Virus record (IMG/VR): IMGVR_UViG_3300005537_000002
Coordinates: 113,638 to 177,637 of that record
DNA length: 64,000 bases
Origin: a virus
Reading direction: 5' to 3' (one strand)
A model generated the notes under the pieces. It saw only the letters and a list, made by a program, of their open reading frames with translations. It was not told the origin of the DNA and ran no database searches. The position numbers and the translations under genes are program-made. Shown piece by piece: positions 25,793 through 38,795 of this stretch. Position 1 is the stretch's first letter. Every line of letters starts with the position of its first letter.

Positions 25793-26546
25793 TGGTAGTT
25801 TCTTTACTAATATGCGGGGTGTGCTCAGTACAACGAACGGTGATGTCACTGTACTAGTTGTGCTTGCAGTTGGAGACCGTATACTGGATAGCACAGACGA
25901 CTTAACTCGCTTACACGAGATACCCGACGAGAAGGTGCGGGATGTAGTAGAGGGAGTAGAGACTGGACAGCAGCAGTATAAGGTGCGAGTGACTAACCTT
26001 GCACTCACAGTTATGTTCCGCTTACTCGAGCGCGGCGATCTGGAGTCGGAAGTCTCTAGTATACCCGCACATATCGTAGAAGCGTTGAGGACCGAGTACA
26101 CTAGGGATCCAGGAGCAGCATACTACACGTTAGTACCAGTAGAGTAGGAGTGAAGTACATGCAAGAGTTACTACAAGCGAAAGCGATTCGTAAGTCTCCT
26201 ACCGGGGACAAGGTTGTACTAGTGCATCATCTAGCGAGTGAGGACTTATCAGATGTATTAGACGGTCTTACGGATATTACTTACGTAAGCGTCCGAGAGA
26301 TGAGTACACTGTCCCACGCGCTAGGGGATGCTGGTACTGCATACTACATTCGAATAACTCGAGGAGCTTACTACGATATACGCGCAAAGTTTCGCGTAGT
26401 AGAAGAGTTAGACACTAGTAGTACACCCGCACTAGCAGCCCAAGGTATATATGCTATGGGTAGAGAGTTCGAGGAGCACCCAGACCTAACTTTCGTCGAA
26501 CTCTCGGTAGTGTAGTAGACTATTCCTTCTCTCCTTTGTGTGTGTG

Positions 26547-26579
26547 GAGGCCTAGCTACAATTGTAGCTAGGCCTTTTT
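26547..26579 (+). terminator. Intrinsic terminator
   Basis: AGGCCTAGCTACA / TGTAGCTAGGCCT stem followed by a T-run. Confidence 0.7.
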
Positions 26580-26603
26580 GCATGTCTTTATGGCTGTGTC
26601 ATC

Positions 26604-26633
26604 TTGTAAACAATAGGGGGTTTATATTATAAT
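26604..26633 (+). promoter_or_regulatory. sigma70-type promoter (cassette family)
   Basis: TTGTAA-18-TATAAT. Confidence 0.8.
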
Positions 26634-26692
26634 ATTATTAATAAATATACATTCTTACTACCAACCCACATACACACAAGGAGGTACCAACT

Positions 26693-29304
26693 ATGGCAAC
26701 CAACAGTACTATCACTAACATCTTACACGTACAGATACAAGAAGGGGGAAAGGCAGACTATCCACCGGAGGTGGTAGTAGAGATAGCTAGGGAGTTGCAT
26801 CAACACGAACAGCGGTTAGTACGACACGGTAAGAACCCTACGGAAGCAAGGTTCGGTGCGTACTTACGAGTACTGCATAGCTTTGCGGAGATGGTGGAGA
26901 GCATATGGTTTAGCGCGTATGAAGGTGACTTAAGAGCACTATCAGAAGAAGACTACAGGAGTCAGAGAGCGAAAGTCTACCAAATGATGGTAGAGACTGT
27001 GCATCCTATATGGATATCCGGTGAGTGTGAAGCAGCTATACAGTCGGCCTACAACCAAGAGGAGAACTAGTATGTCAACCAACCAATCACTTACACCACT
27101 TGAGAAGGCATTACGCTACTATGAAGTTTGTTTCCAACTGGAGGTAGATGAAACCAAGGCGGAGGAGTTCCTCAACGACAATGACATGCTGCGTAGTCTA
27201 GGCTTCCATACGGACATTATACCTATGCTACGTAGTCTGGTTGAGTTGGGTCGTGAGGGTATGCTGACAGCACTACTAAAGATGCAGGGCACGTTTACGG
27301 AGTCACCAGCTGAGTGGTCGGACTTACGATTGGCAAATGTGTACGCAATGTCTTCGTACACATACCTGATGGGGATGGTACGTCAGGGATACGACCACGA
27401 TGACCTACCGCTAGCGCTGGAAGACATACTCCGCACCATACATGCGATGTACTTCGTGACCAGAGACGAACACCTTTGGAACATCTAGTTAGCACCGTAG
27501 TGGGTATACCTATACCCACTACGCACAAAGAAGGAGAACAGACATGTTAGACTATGATAGCAGGTATGAAGAAGGTTACGACAGTATTGAGGAGATAGTG
27601 TGGGAGTACTATACACGACGGGCTTCCGCATTGAACAAGGAGTTAGCAGAAGCTACTCCCAACAGAGATCTAAGGCACGTTGTAGAGGAACTAGCACAAG
27701 TGATGACTGCTGTAGACGTACTAGAAGAAGGTAACTGTATACCGAGGTTGGTAGAGATGCAAGAGTGGCTGAATACGACGTACGGGTACAAGTATGACGT
27801 GCTAGCAGATATAGAGCGCCTAGCGGAAGTGGATCCGAATGAAGATGTGCAACTAGTATACTACCAAAAGAAAGTACAGGCGGTAGCGGAGAACTTTACG
27901 TATGGAGCGTATACAACGCCAGACGAAATAGCAGCCGCCGGCAAGAGACTAGCGGAGTATCAAGCGGCTGTAGCTGTGCTAGAGGAACTGAACGATCCAG
28001 AACGCATACTAGGTATGGAACGTTGGTTGTGTGATTGCACAGATTGGAGGTCGTAGACATGACAATAGAAGAGTTTGTACGTGCTATGCCATTGGACTTT
28101 CTGTTGGAAGCGGCTGCTCAAGAGTATATTGGTAGTCCAGTACCTACTACGGTGGATGAACTGTTGAGCACGTGGGAGGGAGCTGTAGAGGGTATAGCGC
28201 CACCGTATAGCCACTTAACGCAGTTGGTAGCTACAGACTGGGTGTACGGCGCATTAGGTGCGATAGAAGAGGCAGATCGTACGTGGATTCCACGACACAA
28301 GTTAGTATTCGACTTGCTAAAGCAAGCAAAGGAGGAGTACCTACAAGCGAACGTAGCAGATGATATTGAATCGGACGCACCTTGGGATGTACAAGGGCGT
28401 ATTGAGTTTGACACTGACAACAATAGCAGTTGGGGTGAGTACTGGCCGAGTGTAGTACTATGGAAGTGGCTTGAAGCTGCAGGTTGTGAGTATAGGGAAG
28501 AGACTGCGCTAGAGTAGAGGAGATAGACATGAGATTAGACCCAATGGAACTGCTACAACCTTTACATGATGAGTGGAGGGAAGCTATTCAAGCCTATGTA
28601 GACGAGCACAAAACAGAACTGGCCCGATTGAAGTTATTGGACTGGAACGTGTTGACTGATGGTACCATTGGTGGGCTAGACTTTCTAGAGGATCACGTCT
28701 TTGATGGTACAGGAGCTATAGAGAAACTAAAGACTGTAGAGGATTCAGTCGTGGAGAGCTATTACGACGAAGACCCGAGTAGGTGCTATACAGGAGTTGG
28801 CAAGGACTTCGTTAGCTTCTGGGATGGGGTATACGACATTCGTGAGGTTTGTAGGTTAGCGTATGACAAGTTCACTACAGAACACCCGGATGCCGTAGCT
28901 GAGATGCTTTCGCAAGAGCTGTCAGATAGACGTTACCTGTATGAGTACTACGACGAGAGTTGGGGTACACTAGCAGATATATTAATAGAGGTGCACGCAA
29001 CTATATAGAAGGAGTAGAGAGCATGAAACTGACGGAACTAGGGTTGGTATCAGAGTTTAAGCAGCCTTGTGGTTGTTGCGAGACTTCAGCTGTTTGCGAG
29101 GACGGACAGCAGCTGAAGGAGGCTGCAAATAAAGCGTTAGCTGCGTACTTCGATGTGCTAGACCTAATCGACGTTGCAGAAGAAGGTGTACGTGGTGATC
29201 CGATGGACGCGGAAGTGTTAGCAGACCTTAGGGAGCTGAAGGCGAAGTATTCAGCGCTTGAGAGTGCAACGGCAACAGCTTGGCAGGAGCATTTGGGTGC
29301 GTGA
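26693..29304 (+). other. Early gene unit H: 6 hypothetical CDS (26693-27070, 27072-27488, 27544-28056, ~28035-28517, 28529-29008, 29023-29304)
   Basis: Tiled ORFs; 27072 is paralogous to 36612; 27544 belongs to the helical repeat family. Confidence 0.78.
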
Positions 29305-29322
29305 GTTTGATAGTAGTACCTC

Positions 29323-29352
29323 TTGTTTTTGGCAGGAGGTACTAGTTATAAT
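29323..29352 (+). promoter_or_regulatory. sigma70-type promoter (cassette family)
   Basis: TTGTTT-18-TATAAT. Confidence 0.75.
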
Positions 29353-29395
29353 AATAGTATATAAAGTAGTTACTAGTTCAAAGAAGGAGTAGGGC

Positions 29396-32300
29396 ATGTT
29401 TCCAGTAGACTATAGAGAGCAAAGGTTGTTAGCTTGTCGGAATAGCACAGCTGACTCAGCTCCGTTCGAGGTTGACGGGTCGTTATTGGTTGGTACTTGT
29501 TATGTGCTGAAGTACCATGATAACTTTTCTCAGTATGGGAACGATGTAGTGTACTTGTATCCAGCGTTCCATAAGGGGGAGAGGTGTTGGCTACGTAGGT
29601 TTGTGTGGAGTGCGGACTCGCCGTATACAGCATACGGTACGATGGAAGAGATCATCTCGTTCGAGGACGGTGTACAACTGTTTCTGGAGCAAGGTGTGTT
29701 CGAATTCCCCGTTCCGGTTGAGTCCGATCGTTAGTGAGAAAGAAGGTTACTTATGTCGACTGGTCGTCCGTATGCAAGAGTCGAGGTAGTAGAGATAATG
29801 ACACTATTACCTATCGAGGAGGCACTGTCTACACTTATAGGGAAGGTTGGTGAGTGGGAACCCGAGTTCGACTACGAATTGATGCAGCAAATCTACGAAG
29901 ACGGAGAGAGGAAGTTTCAAATCGTGCGTGCGTGGGTTGACCTCACTTATGATGAAGAACAGTTTCCGCGAGGATATGTCCTCGTAGATACTGTACCAGT
30001 AGTTGACGAGCAGCGAGAACCAGTACAGAAGCTTGTGGACTACGCAACTTCTTTAGGGCTAGACTCGATAGACTTATCGTGGCTAGAGGACTACATTAAG
30101 GAGTTGCAAGCAGTTACTGACGAACAGCGAGAACTCGAAAGGGAAGTTGAGTCAGTTACGGATACTCAGCAAGAGTCTTTTGGGGCCCTTGAGGACTACA
30201 TTAGGGAGTTGCAGGCTGGTGCAGTAGATTTACCACCAGTTAAGCACACGTCACTGCCTTGCTCTCACTGTCAGAGTAGACATCCTGGATACGCGTGCTC
30301 TCCAAGCGTATTGTACAGTCCACATACGCTGTATCCGACTGCTAACAAAGGAGAGTGGTTATATCAGTGTGAGGGTTGCGGCCACTTAGGCCGTTGTTAC
30401 GATCGCTAGTTGGTAAGAAAGGTAAGATATGTCTGATTTGCATGAGATTGTACAGAATAGTACGGTGACTAGTTCCGCTGCTACCGAGCTTGCCAGTGAG
30501 TTGTTACTGGCTGTATCCCGTATACGTAACAGAGGCTATGATCCACTTCCCGAGGATCAGGTACTGTTTGCTGCACTTGCCGAGGTGTCAGCTAAGATGA
30601 CTTCGGCGGTGTATAGTGTGTGGTTTGAGTTGTTAGGGGAACAAGTTATGCAGTTAGCGACCTCCGAGGAGCGTCGAGAACTGTTTGCGTACTATATGAG
30701 GACCCGTATGGTAAGCTCCCTGCAGGTATGGCGTTTAGACTGGGAAGCACAGGACTCAGTCAAACAGTCCGCTCGTATTATTGGTGGAGTTACGCCAACC
30801 CTAGAGGAGGGAGAAACGGATGCTTGACTTACAGGAATTAGTGAGAATACAAGGCATCCGACGTGATGCCGTAGGTAATCTCTTTCATGAAAGCGGAAGG
30901 GACCTTACTCAAGAAGACTGGGAAGCACTGTACAGTACATTCCTAGCAAACCATCCGGATTGGACGCGAGACGAGCTAGAGGAAGTAGATATTGCCTCAC
31001 TTACGGAACTTGGAGAAGGCGTATGAAGAGTATGACGATGTTAGAAGCAGCTAGTATATGTGAACTTAGCGAGAAGTTCGAGCATTGTCTGTGGCAGGCG
31101 CAGTTTACGTTGTTGTGGGAGGCGCTTAGTAAGGATGACGATGTACTACAAGTGGTAATCATTCCGACACGTTGTGAGATCTATGAGGTCGCATCGCTTA
31201 TAAGCGATGCGATAAGTAGCTTGGAGGAGTGGGTACCCTTTCATATTGTAGAAGTGCGTACAAAGGGTGAGCAACCGTACATGTACTTGTTGGTACGAGC
31301 CAATAGTAGATTCGATGCAGGAGTGGAAGCATGAAACGTATGCCTATGAGAACCGCTATTCGTATATGTGAACTAGATTCAGAAGTCTCGATTTGGCCAG
31401 CGAGAGAGCAGTTTGAGGCGTTGAGGGATGCATTACGGCGTCGTTCTGATGTGTTTCAGGTGTTAGTTATGCCTGAGGAGTACACTGTCTCGCAGACAGT
31501 GTCTGTTATCAATGACGCTTTAGAGGAGGTGCAAACGACTCGATTGTGGTTCAGTATAGTGGAGATTGACACGAGTAACGACTTACCGTACTTGTTTATT
31601 GTAGTGGGTACGACTAGCGACTTTATGTGATAGGGGTACAGTGATATGAGGCGTGTTACGATGTTGACGGCCGCTCGTATATGCGAACTAGAGTCTGAGC
31701 TAGATGAGCTTACGCTTGAGGACGTGATTGAGTTGTTCAACTTGTTGTTAGCACAGTTGAGTACGCACAAGGTTGTGATAAGCGTAGTAACGGTACCGGT
31801 AGGTGCCACTCCGGATGAGGTCATGGACGCTTTGGACGCTAAGTTGCGGTTTACGACCAAAGGCGATTTAGTACCCTTCCATATTGTGGAAGTGGTAACT
31901 CCCATACAGTTACCTTACGTCTTTGTGTTAGTTCGTCAGGATAGTGAGTTTGAGTGACAGGAGGCTAACTATGTCCGTAGGTACATCACGTAGTTGGACT
32001 GAGGCGTACTTTCAAAGCGAGCACGGTACCCGTAGGTATACGATGGTTACGCTGCCTTTGGAGGGTAAGGCTATCATTGGTAGGTTAGGTCATCCAGGAG
32101 GGCAGGCGGTAGCTGTAGTAGGTCTACAGTTCTCTAGGGAGGCGTTTGACATTCTATCAGGTGGAGAAAAGGTGTTTGTCATGCGGGGGCAAGCCATACT
32201 TTTCAACTCATCTGGTTGGATGAGTCCGGAAGAGTGTATGCTGTTTGCGTCACGATGCGGTGAGAAGAACGACCTAGTAGGCACAGTTGACTTTTACGGT

Positions 32301-34017
32301 GACTGTGCCGAAAGCAACTTAGCTGCGTTTTGGGAGTCGTAACGAATAAAGGAGGAGTACAGTATGGCGACGACGTATCCACCCAAGGTGCTTGATTTGA
32401 GTTTTAGGGCCGAGATTGAGGGTAGGCATTATAACCGCCCTACGCAGTATGTAGCTGTTGATCCACCGGTTGGGTTTCGTATGAGTATGCAAGAGTTGAG
32501 GGACGTAGTCTGGTACTACACGCATGGTGGCGTTGAGTCGATGCACGTGGATGACGTAGCTGCGTCACTACAGTGTGAGTGGGTAGCGGTTCAGCGTAAC
32601 TACCAGTCGTATCCGTCAGGAGGGGAGAGTCACTACGCTTCGTATGCGTACTGGGATGGTGAAAAGTTGCACAGCGCGCAGGGAAATGGTCAGATTAAGT
32701 GGATGGAGGTCGATGTCTATCGTGTGGAACGTTCCTACGAGGAACTCGAGATGCCCTCGAAAGCACAGCAGCAACTGGCACTCGACAACATCGACTGGAG
32801 TATAGAGGCATTTAACTCGCCAGACTATGAGAGACGGTATACAGAGTTGCGTAGTTTGCGAGAGTCAATGCAGCAACAGACTGCTACGAAAGCTCAGTGG
32901 TGGCATTGGGTATATCATCTCGCATAGCATTGGAGGTTAGGCAGATATGGAATTACATGTAGTAGACGTTACGATGACAGACCCTATTACGAAAGGGGCG
33001 CTTAGAGCGGCTCACGTTACGAGTAAGGTGGAGTTTGCAAGCCTAGTCGGCCGACTAGTAGCACGGGACACTCGTAGACCGGTAACAGGTGTGTTGATCG
33101 ATGGGTATGTACACTTATTGATAGAGGAGCAACACCTTCGGCATGTCTCGGACTACCTTAAGGCTTGTACACTGCCGCATTGTTGGGAGAGTGAGGAGTG
33201 AAGACGATCACGGTTAAGATGCGTCGGACTTCGTCTGGTAGGAAGGTAGTGACAGCTTACATTGGTGGGCCGGAGTATATACTACTCACGGTTAAGCGTG
33301 GGCCTAGGGTAGCAGAGGTATTAGCTGTACTGTCAGAGCAGTTTGGAGTACACGGAGTATGCGGATGGCCAATAGATTGGCTTGCCTCTGACAACTTCGA
33401 AGAGTTAAGACTTAATGAGGCTGTCGGTGCTGTAGGTATCTACGTGCCAGCCCACATGTATGAGAGCCTATTACAGTCCGGTTATAACTGGGGTTAGGGC
33501 TGATTAGGGGGAGGACTTAAACGCTTACCGAAGATCCGGGTTGAGGTCGGTGTTAGCGTGTGAATTTTAGGGGACAGTGGTACTATTATGTGCCGCCGTC
33601 TTTGTATGTTTGGCTAGAACGAAAGGAGTTCCGGAAAGTATGGAGGATATCACGAGTTTAGTCGAGAGCGTAGTCCTTTTGCTCGGTACGAAGGCTGTGT
33701 CTCAACCGTTGATGCATGAAGTACCCCCAGACCTTAGCACAGGTTTTGCTGTCGTGCGGGATCCCTCAGGAGGGTGTAGGATTTTCTGGAAGGTAGCCCG
33801 TACGCAGGAGGACAGTGATGAGGTTCGGATAGCACAGTTGGATTGGTGCCTAGCCTTTTTCAAAGAGCTGAAATGCGGGGTAAAACGGGAGATTTGGAGG
33901 CATCAAGATTGCGTCATGGTGACCATGACCCCCAGTGTTAGGTCGGCAATTAGGGGGAGAGTACAGTCGGTCACCATGTCGAGTAAACAAGCAAAACCTG
34001 TAGATTTCCCCAGCTAA
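29396..34017 (+). other. Early gene unit I: about 12 hypothetical CDS (29396-29734 through 33577-34017)
   Basis: Tiled ORFs; 29753-30409 has an internal LEDYI(K/R)ELQA repeat and a C-terminal Zn ribbon. Confidence 0.75.
31023..31957 (+). CDS. Three tandem paralogous genes (31023-31334, 31331-31630, 31646-31957)
   Basis: M(L/R).AA.ICEL..E start and (P/W)F(H/S)IVE(V/I)..PY motif in all three. Confidence 0.8.
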
Positions 34018-34030
34018 CCACGTCTACTAG

Positions 34031-34132
34031 AAATCCAGTTCTAGTTAGTTTTTACACGGACTGATTCGATACGCAGCATAAATCATACACACTCAAGTTA
34101 AGTCCGTGTAAAAACTAACTATAGCTGGATTT
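34031..34132. repeat. 32-bp inverted repeat, element copy 1
   Basis: AAATCCAG..TAGTTAGTTTTTACACGGACT and its reverse complement, 2 mismatches, 38-nt spacer. Confidence 0.9.
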
Positions 34133-34302
34133 AACATGTATTACGCGTGTATCTAGTTCAGTACTATATACTCTCCCAAGTAATGTACACCCACACAGAG
34201 TTCGTCTACAGTCCTAAAAGACTTCCCCCTGGAGGACAGTCAACGATAAGGTGTGTATTGGTACTTTGCTCCTATGGAAAGGTTCTTCGAGCGAGGAGAG
34301 CA

Positions 34303-34542
34303 CGGACTTTTTTTTAGATCCCCCCCATATATATTGATAAAGGCGGTCGGCTTGAAAATATATCCGTGCTATCGAAGATCTGGTAAACGCTAAACCTAAG
34401 CTATAAGTACGTTTGCCCGGGATTTGAATAAAAACGCAAGCTCATCTATATCCCAGCAGGCAGGCAGGAGGATTTTTGGGCACTGGTTTTTTTACCCGTG
34501 CTATCGAAGCTCTAAATTTGGCCCAGCAGGTAGGCAGGAGGA
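34303..34542 (+). repeat. CCCCCCATATATAT element plus local direct repeats
   Basis: Homologous to 46743-46818; CCGTGCTATCGAAG x2 (34364, 34496); CCCAGCAGGYAGGCAGGAGGA x2 (34452, 34522). Confidence 0.8.
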
Positions 34543-34546
34543 CCAA

Positions 34547-34927
34547 ATGCTACTCGCTTGCTTACTACGTATTATGCGAGTCAGCACGCTCTTGTATTCA
34601 CCGACAGGATACACTATAATTGACGTAACTACTACATATAAGGAGTTCACGACATTGGGAGAACGGACTAGAGAAGACATCGAAACTGCCGTTGAGTATT
34701 ATCGCATGAAACATGCATATTTGTGGGGATTAGTCGTCGGAAACCAAATAAAGCCCACGCATATTGAAGCAACCATCCGGAATCTTCAAAAGTACGCTGC
34801 AGCGAGGGCAGCACTTGACGCTGTGCTAGACGACGTCCTACTTAACCGTATGCGTAGGTTTGTACTGAAGACCACTCAAGTCGACCCCGACGTAGAGTTT
34901 GAGGGAGAGACCGTAGAAGAAGGCTAG
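34547..34927 (+). CDS. Hypothetical protein, probable helical repeat family member
   Basis: GGAGGA RBS before ATG 34547; AVEYYRMK..LQKYAAARAALDAV..LNRMRRFV resembles the C-terminal repeat of 27544. Confidence 0.55.
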   Translation: MLLACLLRIMRVSTLLYSPTGYTIIDVTTTYKEFTTLGERTREDIETAVEYYRMKHAYLWGLVVGNQIKPTHIEATIRNLQKYAAARAALDAVLDDVLLNRMRRFVLKTTQVDPDVEFEGETVEEG

Positions 34928-34972
34928 TCACCTGTGCTAACCTAGACCGCTTGGCCCGGTTGTTTGTACATC

Positions 34973-35002
34973 TTGTAAACAACCGGGCGTTTATATTATA
35001 AT
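34973..35002 (+). promoter_or_regulatory. sigma70-type promoter (cassette family)
   Basis: TTGTAA-18-TATAAT; the -35 lies within a GCCCGGTTGTTT/AAACAACCGGGC hairpin. Confidence 0.8.
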
Positions 35003-35076
35003 ATTATTAATAAATATAAAATTTATTACCCCCACGGACGTTCCGGAAGGGTACTAGCACACGAGGAGATACCACA

Positions 35077-38000
35077 ATGGCTAAGGCAACCAAGACTACC
35101 ACATACCACTACTACGCCGTTAGGGACTATGTTGAGTCCGATGACGTGACTGTGGACAATGAACTTATGGAGACGTTCGTGCAGAGAGTTCTTAATGGAG
35201 AGGATAAGGACTACCAACTGTATGAGTGGCAGACTGATCCGGAGGAGCGTCGAGAGCAAGCCATCCAGTACTACGTAGCTGACCAGTTCCGGAAAGGTCA
35301 TCCGTTGCAGGACTGGCAGTACTGCGAGAACTGCTTCGACATAGGAGCTAAGCCGGTAGAGACTCCAGCACAGTACGCGGAAGAGGCTAAGTTGGATACG
35401 GATGAGCAAGGTACGCTCTACGGTAGGGAGTTGCGAGAACGCTTGCTGGATACGATTGCGGTTTGGTTCGAGGAGAACTACGGACGTATGGTGGCTGCAG
35501 ACGCGCACGTAGAAGGGACAGAGATCTTCAACTGGATGGATGCGGTGATAAAGGAAGGTGTAAGTATCCAAGCTATGCTGGAACGGGAACACGCTCGTAT
35601 ACAGAGCCGCAAGTCGGAGTAGTTGATTAGCCGGTAGGTAGTAGCGCTACTACCTACCGGGCACAAAGGAGATACCAATTATGGCAAGCAAGCGACGGAT
35701 GGTTGCCACTATTGACCAAGTATACAAGTGGTATATACTAGAGGGCTTGACTCTAGAAGAGATGGCTAGTAAGTTTGGAATAAAACTGCCTTCTATGTAT
35801 GAATGGGTCGTTCGTTGGGGTCTTGATAAGTCTCATTGGAGTCTCCTTCCTAGGCTGGAGCAAGACACACTTGCGTCTATGCCTACTAGACAACTAGTAC
35901 TGGAGTACTACAAGGTCTTGCGAGTGGAGGAGCTCTTCGCTAGTAAGAATCCGAATAGCAAGCATGTATTAGAGTTGAATAGTGCCCTAGAGTTGATATT
36001 CACGACTGTGGCAACGAAAGGTCTCTCGAGTCTGTCTCAAGTCGAGATGGATAACGGGGGTTACTTGGTAGGAGACCTAAACAGTTACGAACTGGCGTGG
36101 CTGAGGCACAAGACGAGATGCTTCTACAGTGAACATGCCGGTTGGTCAATCACGACTGATGCAGCTGTGCAAGACTCGGGTGACGCATTCGAGTACTACT
36201 TACGGAACCAATAGTACACAACCAGGAGATACCACTATGACAATGACGATGGAGGAACTGAAGCTGATAGTCACCAATGACTACGATGCTGAGATACTTG
36301 TACAGGCGTTTGTACCTAGCGCTCACGGTACTTCGCTAGAGGAAGATGTATGGCCGTTGCTGTACGAGGGCGTTAAGGACTTCTATCCACAGGTGTTAGT
36401 GCAGTACCTTGCAGGTCACCACCACACTACCGCACGACTAGAACTGCAGGACGAACTGACTGTAGCCGTTGGTGAGACCGTAGACAAGTTCGTACAGGAG
36501 CACTTTCCGGGAGAGGACTCTGAAGCGATTGCAGAACGTTGGGGGCCTCGATTGAGAGGTCTGATTGAAGACTGGATGTTGGAGCTTATGCCAGACCGAT
36601 AGGAGGTAGACATGCTAGAGAAGGCGGTTGGGTATTACCAAGACAAGTTGCTAGGACGCTTAATGGATATACCCCTACAGATGTGGTTGACTGACGAGGA
36701 TCTGCTTAACGAGTTGTCTGATGTGACAGACGTTATACGCACGTTGAAGAAACTGTCGGATAGGGACGGCTTGCTAGCGACTATAGCTGAGATACCCGGA
36801 GACTACGTAACGGATCCGACTGAATGGTCAGATTTGGACGTAGCGATTACGTTCGCGACCGTGAGTTACCAAATTATACTAACCAGTATACAAGTTGGTG
36901 AAGACCCTTCCGACACTCACGAACTGATGCTAGAGGTACTACGTAGTATGTATGCGCTGTGTATTGTCGAACATGACAGACTCGAATGGGACGTATAGGA
37001 GGGTACCCATGCCACCACTTGACGTTGCCCAAACGTTCCCCGTAGAAGGCAGCAAGGTCTGTAGACCTTATGGAGCACCTAGACGCCTGCTATACCGACG
37101 TACAGATCTTGGACCTGAGTACGTGATAGCGGGAGTGCAGTTTAGCACAGTTGACATTGTGCTCATGCTATCCCGGTATAGCGGACGTTGTCACTGTTGT
37201 GGAACCGAGTTTAGTGTAGGCGACCCTATCGCTTACGTCCCGAAGGAGGATGGAGTTCGTGATAGAGGCAGAGCGTATTGTGTAGACATGCATTGCTGTA
37301 CAAGGCAGAAAGGGTACGAACATGAGTGCTAGTTACAACATCGAGAATAACAGTGGGCAAGCACGAAAACAGCTCGACAACGGTACGTATGAAGCTACTC
37401 CGTACGAGCTTGCTGTGATACAGACGTTGCAAGCTGAGGCGAGAGCTCGTATACATGGGGTGATAGCACAGATGCGTAAGGACTATGCGGACTCTATCGC
37501 AAGGGTACGTTGGGTTGCGTACGACCAGTACAGGCAGTCGGGTAACGAAGATGTCGATCCGTATGAGGATGAGGCTGACGTTTGGGGTGCGTTCTACTAC
37601 GGAGGAGAATGGCCGTCACTCTTCCACGAACCGGAGGATAAGTCGTGATGGAAGGTGTACCGGAACCGTTAGGGTTCACTGTCTATGACGACTTCGAGAT
37701 GTACGCATACCAATTGGGTGTGTCTCAGTTGTTCTTCGAAGCGTTAGCGATAGAGTTAGATGCCGCTCGACTAGTCGGGCATATACCAGACGGGTGTACA
37801 GTGTCGGACTTAGTTGCCGGTTCGGATTGGTCCACCGAGAACGGGGTGGTAGTTTGCTGTGAACGTGCGATGTCGACTGCCCGTAGACGGTCTCGGGGCG
37901 ATTGGTCGGCCGAAATAGTATCCGGGGATGCTTGACGGGGGGAGATAGTCCCCGGCGTTAGTTCCCCCGAAACGTGATAGCGGTAGACATACAACGACTG

Positions 38001-38436
38001 TAGAAGGAGATATGCAATGCCAGAACGGACTGATGAGCACTTAGGTAACTACGTGTGGAGAAGGGCGAACGGTACGTACTATCGTAAACCAGGCGGCAGT
38101 CAAGAATCTAGAGAACTCAACTCAAGCCAAGCACTTTTCCTAGCGAGCGATGACTACGAAGCAAGACTAGAGATGTGGAAGCGAGTTGGCGGACAGAAGT
38201 TGTTGCTCTACTACCTGATGAGACTTGTAGAGGTACACGAAGAGTTCCGTATACAGTATAAGTACTCTGTTAAGAAACTAGAAGATGCTACTGGATACTC
38301 GTTTGACTCTCCACTCGTACTAGTACTGCGAAACGGTGATCGAGAAGTCTGGCTCGGAGATCTCTCAGACTTCACCGAAGAAGGTTGGCAGTCTGAACTC
38401 AAGGGGTACGTCGATGAGACCTTCCCGATCGAGTAA
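35077..38436 (+). other. Early gene unit J: 8 CDS (35077-35622, 35681-36214, 36237-36602, 36612-36998, 37009-37332, 37322-37648, 37645-37935, 38017-38436)
   Basis: Tiled ORFs with RBS. Confidence 0.78.
35681..36214 (+). CDS. N-terminal HTH DNA-binding protein
   Basis: VYKWYILEGLTLEEMASKFGIKLPSMYEWVVRWGL has HTH spacing. Confidence 0.6.
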   Translation: MASKRRMVATIDQVYKWYILEGLTLEEMASKFGIKLPSMYEWVVRWGLDKSHWSLLPRLEQDTLASMPTRQLVLEYYKVLRVEELFASKNPNSKHVLELNSALELIFTTVATKGLSSLSQVEMDNGGYLVGDLNSYELAWLRHKTRCFYSEHAGWSITTDAAVQDSGDAFEYYLRNQ

Positions 38437-38610
38437 CCGACAGTAGACATGAGTATGTATACTGTCGAAGCTAGTTAGGTAGAACGCAGACTCTAGCAAG
38501 TTCGTGATAGCATAGTAGAGTGCATACCTCTCTATACTTGCGTAGAACGGTCGAGTACGACATGTACTCGACCGTTTGTGTTGGTCAGATCGCACGGTAG
38601 AACGTGATAG

Positions 38611-38785
38611 CCGTAGACTGTTGGAGGTTGCATGGCCGTAGTCCCGTAGACCGAACGGATGCGTGTTGCCCGTAGTCCGTTCCCGGTTGGGGGTGGCCGG
38701 TCGTACGTACGTGACGGTCAGGTCGGTAAGGGGGTCACCGGGGACGCCCGTAGGCAGTAACGGCCGTAGACGAACTGGCCCGTAG
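38611..38785 (+). repeat. Seven CCGTAG direct repeats
   Basis: Copies at 38611, 38636, 38644, 38670, 38748, 38764 and 38780 in non-coding DNA. Confidence 0.85.
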
Positions 38786-38795
38786 GACTTTCCAA

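Larger units (their letters stand above)
20114..26515 (+). other. Early gene unit G: about 18 CDS, mostly hypothetical (20114-20455 through 26150-26515)
   Basis: Continuous tiling with RBS; Zn ribbons at 24121-24438 and 25315-25572. Confidence 0.75.

Noticed and set aside
287-38595. Many minus-strand and alternate-frame ORFs in the track across the early region
   Set aside because: They shadow RBS-supported, tightly tiled plus-strand genes, have no promoter or RBS, and show Ser/Thr-rich antisense composition
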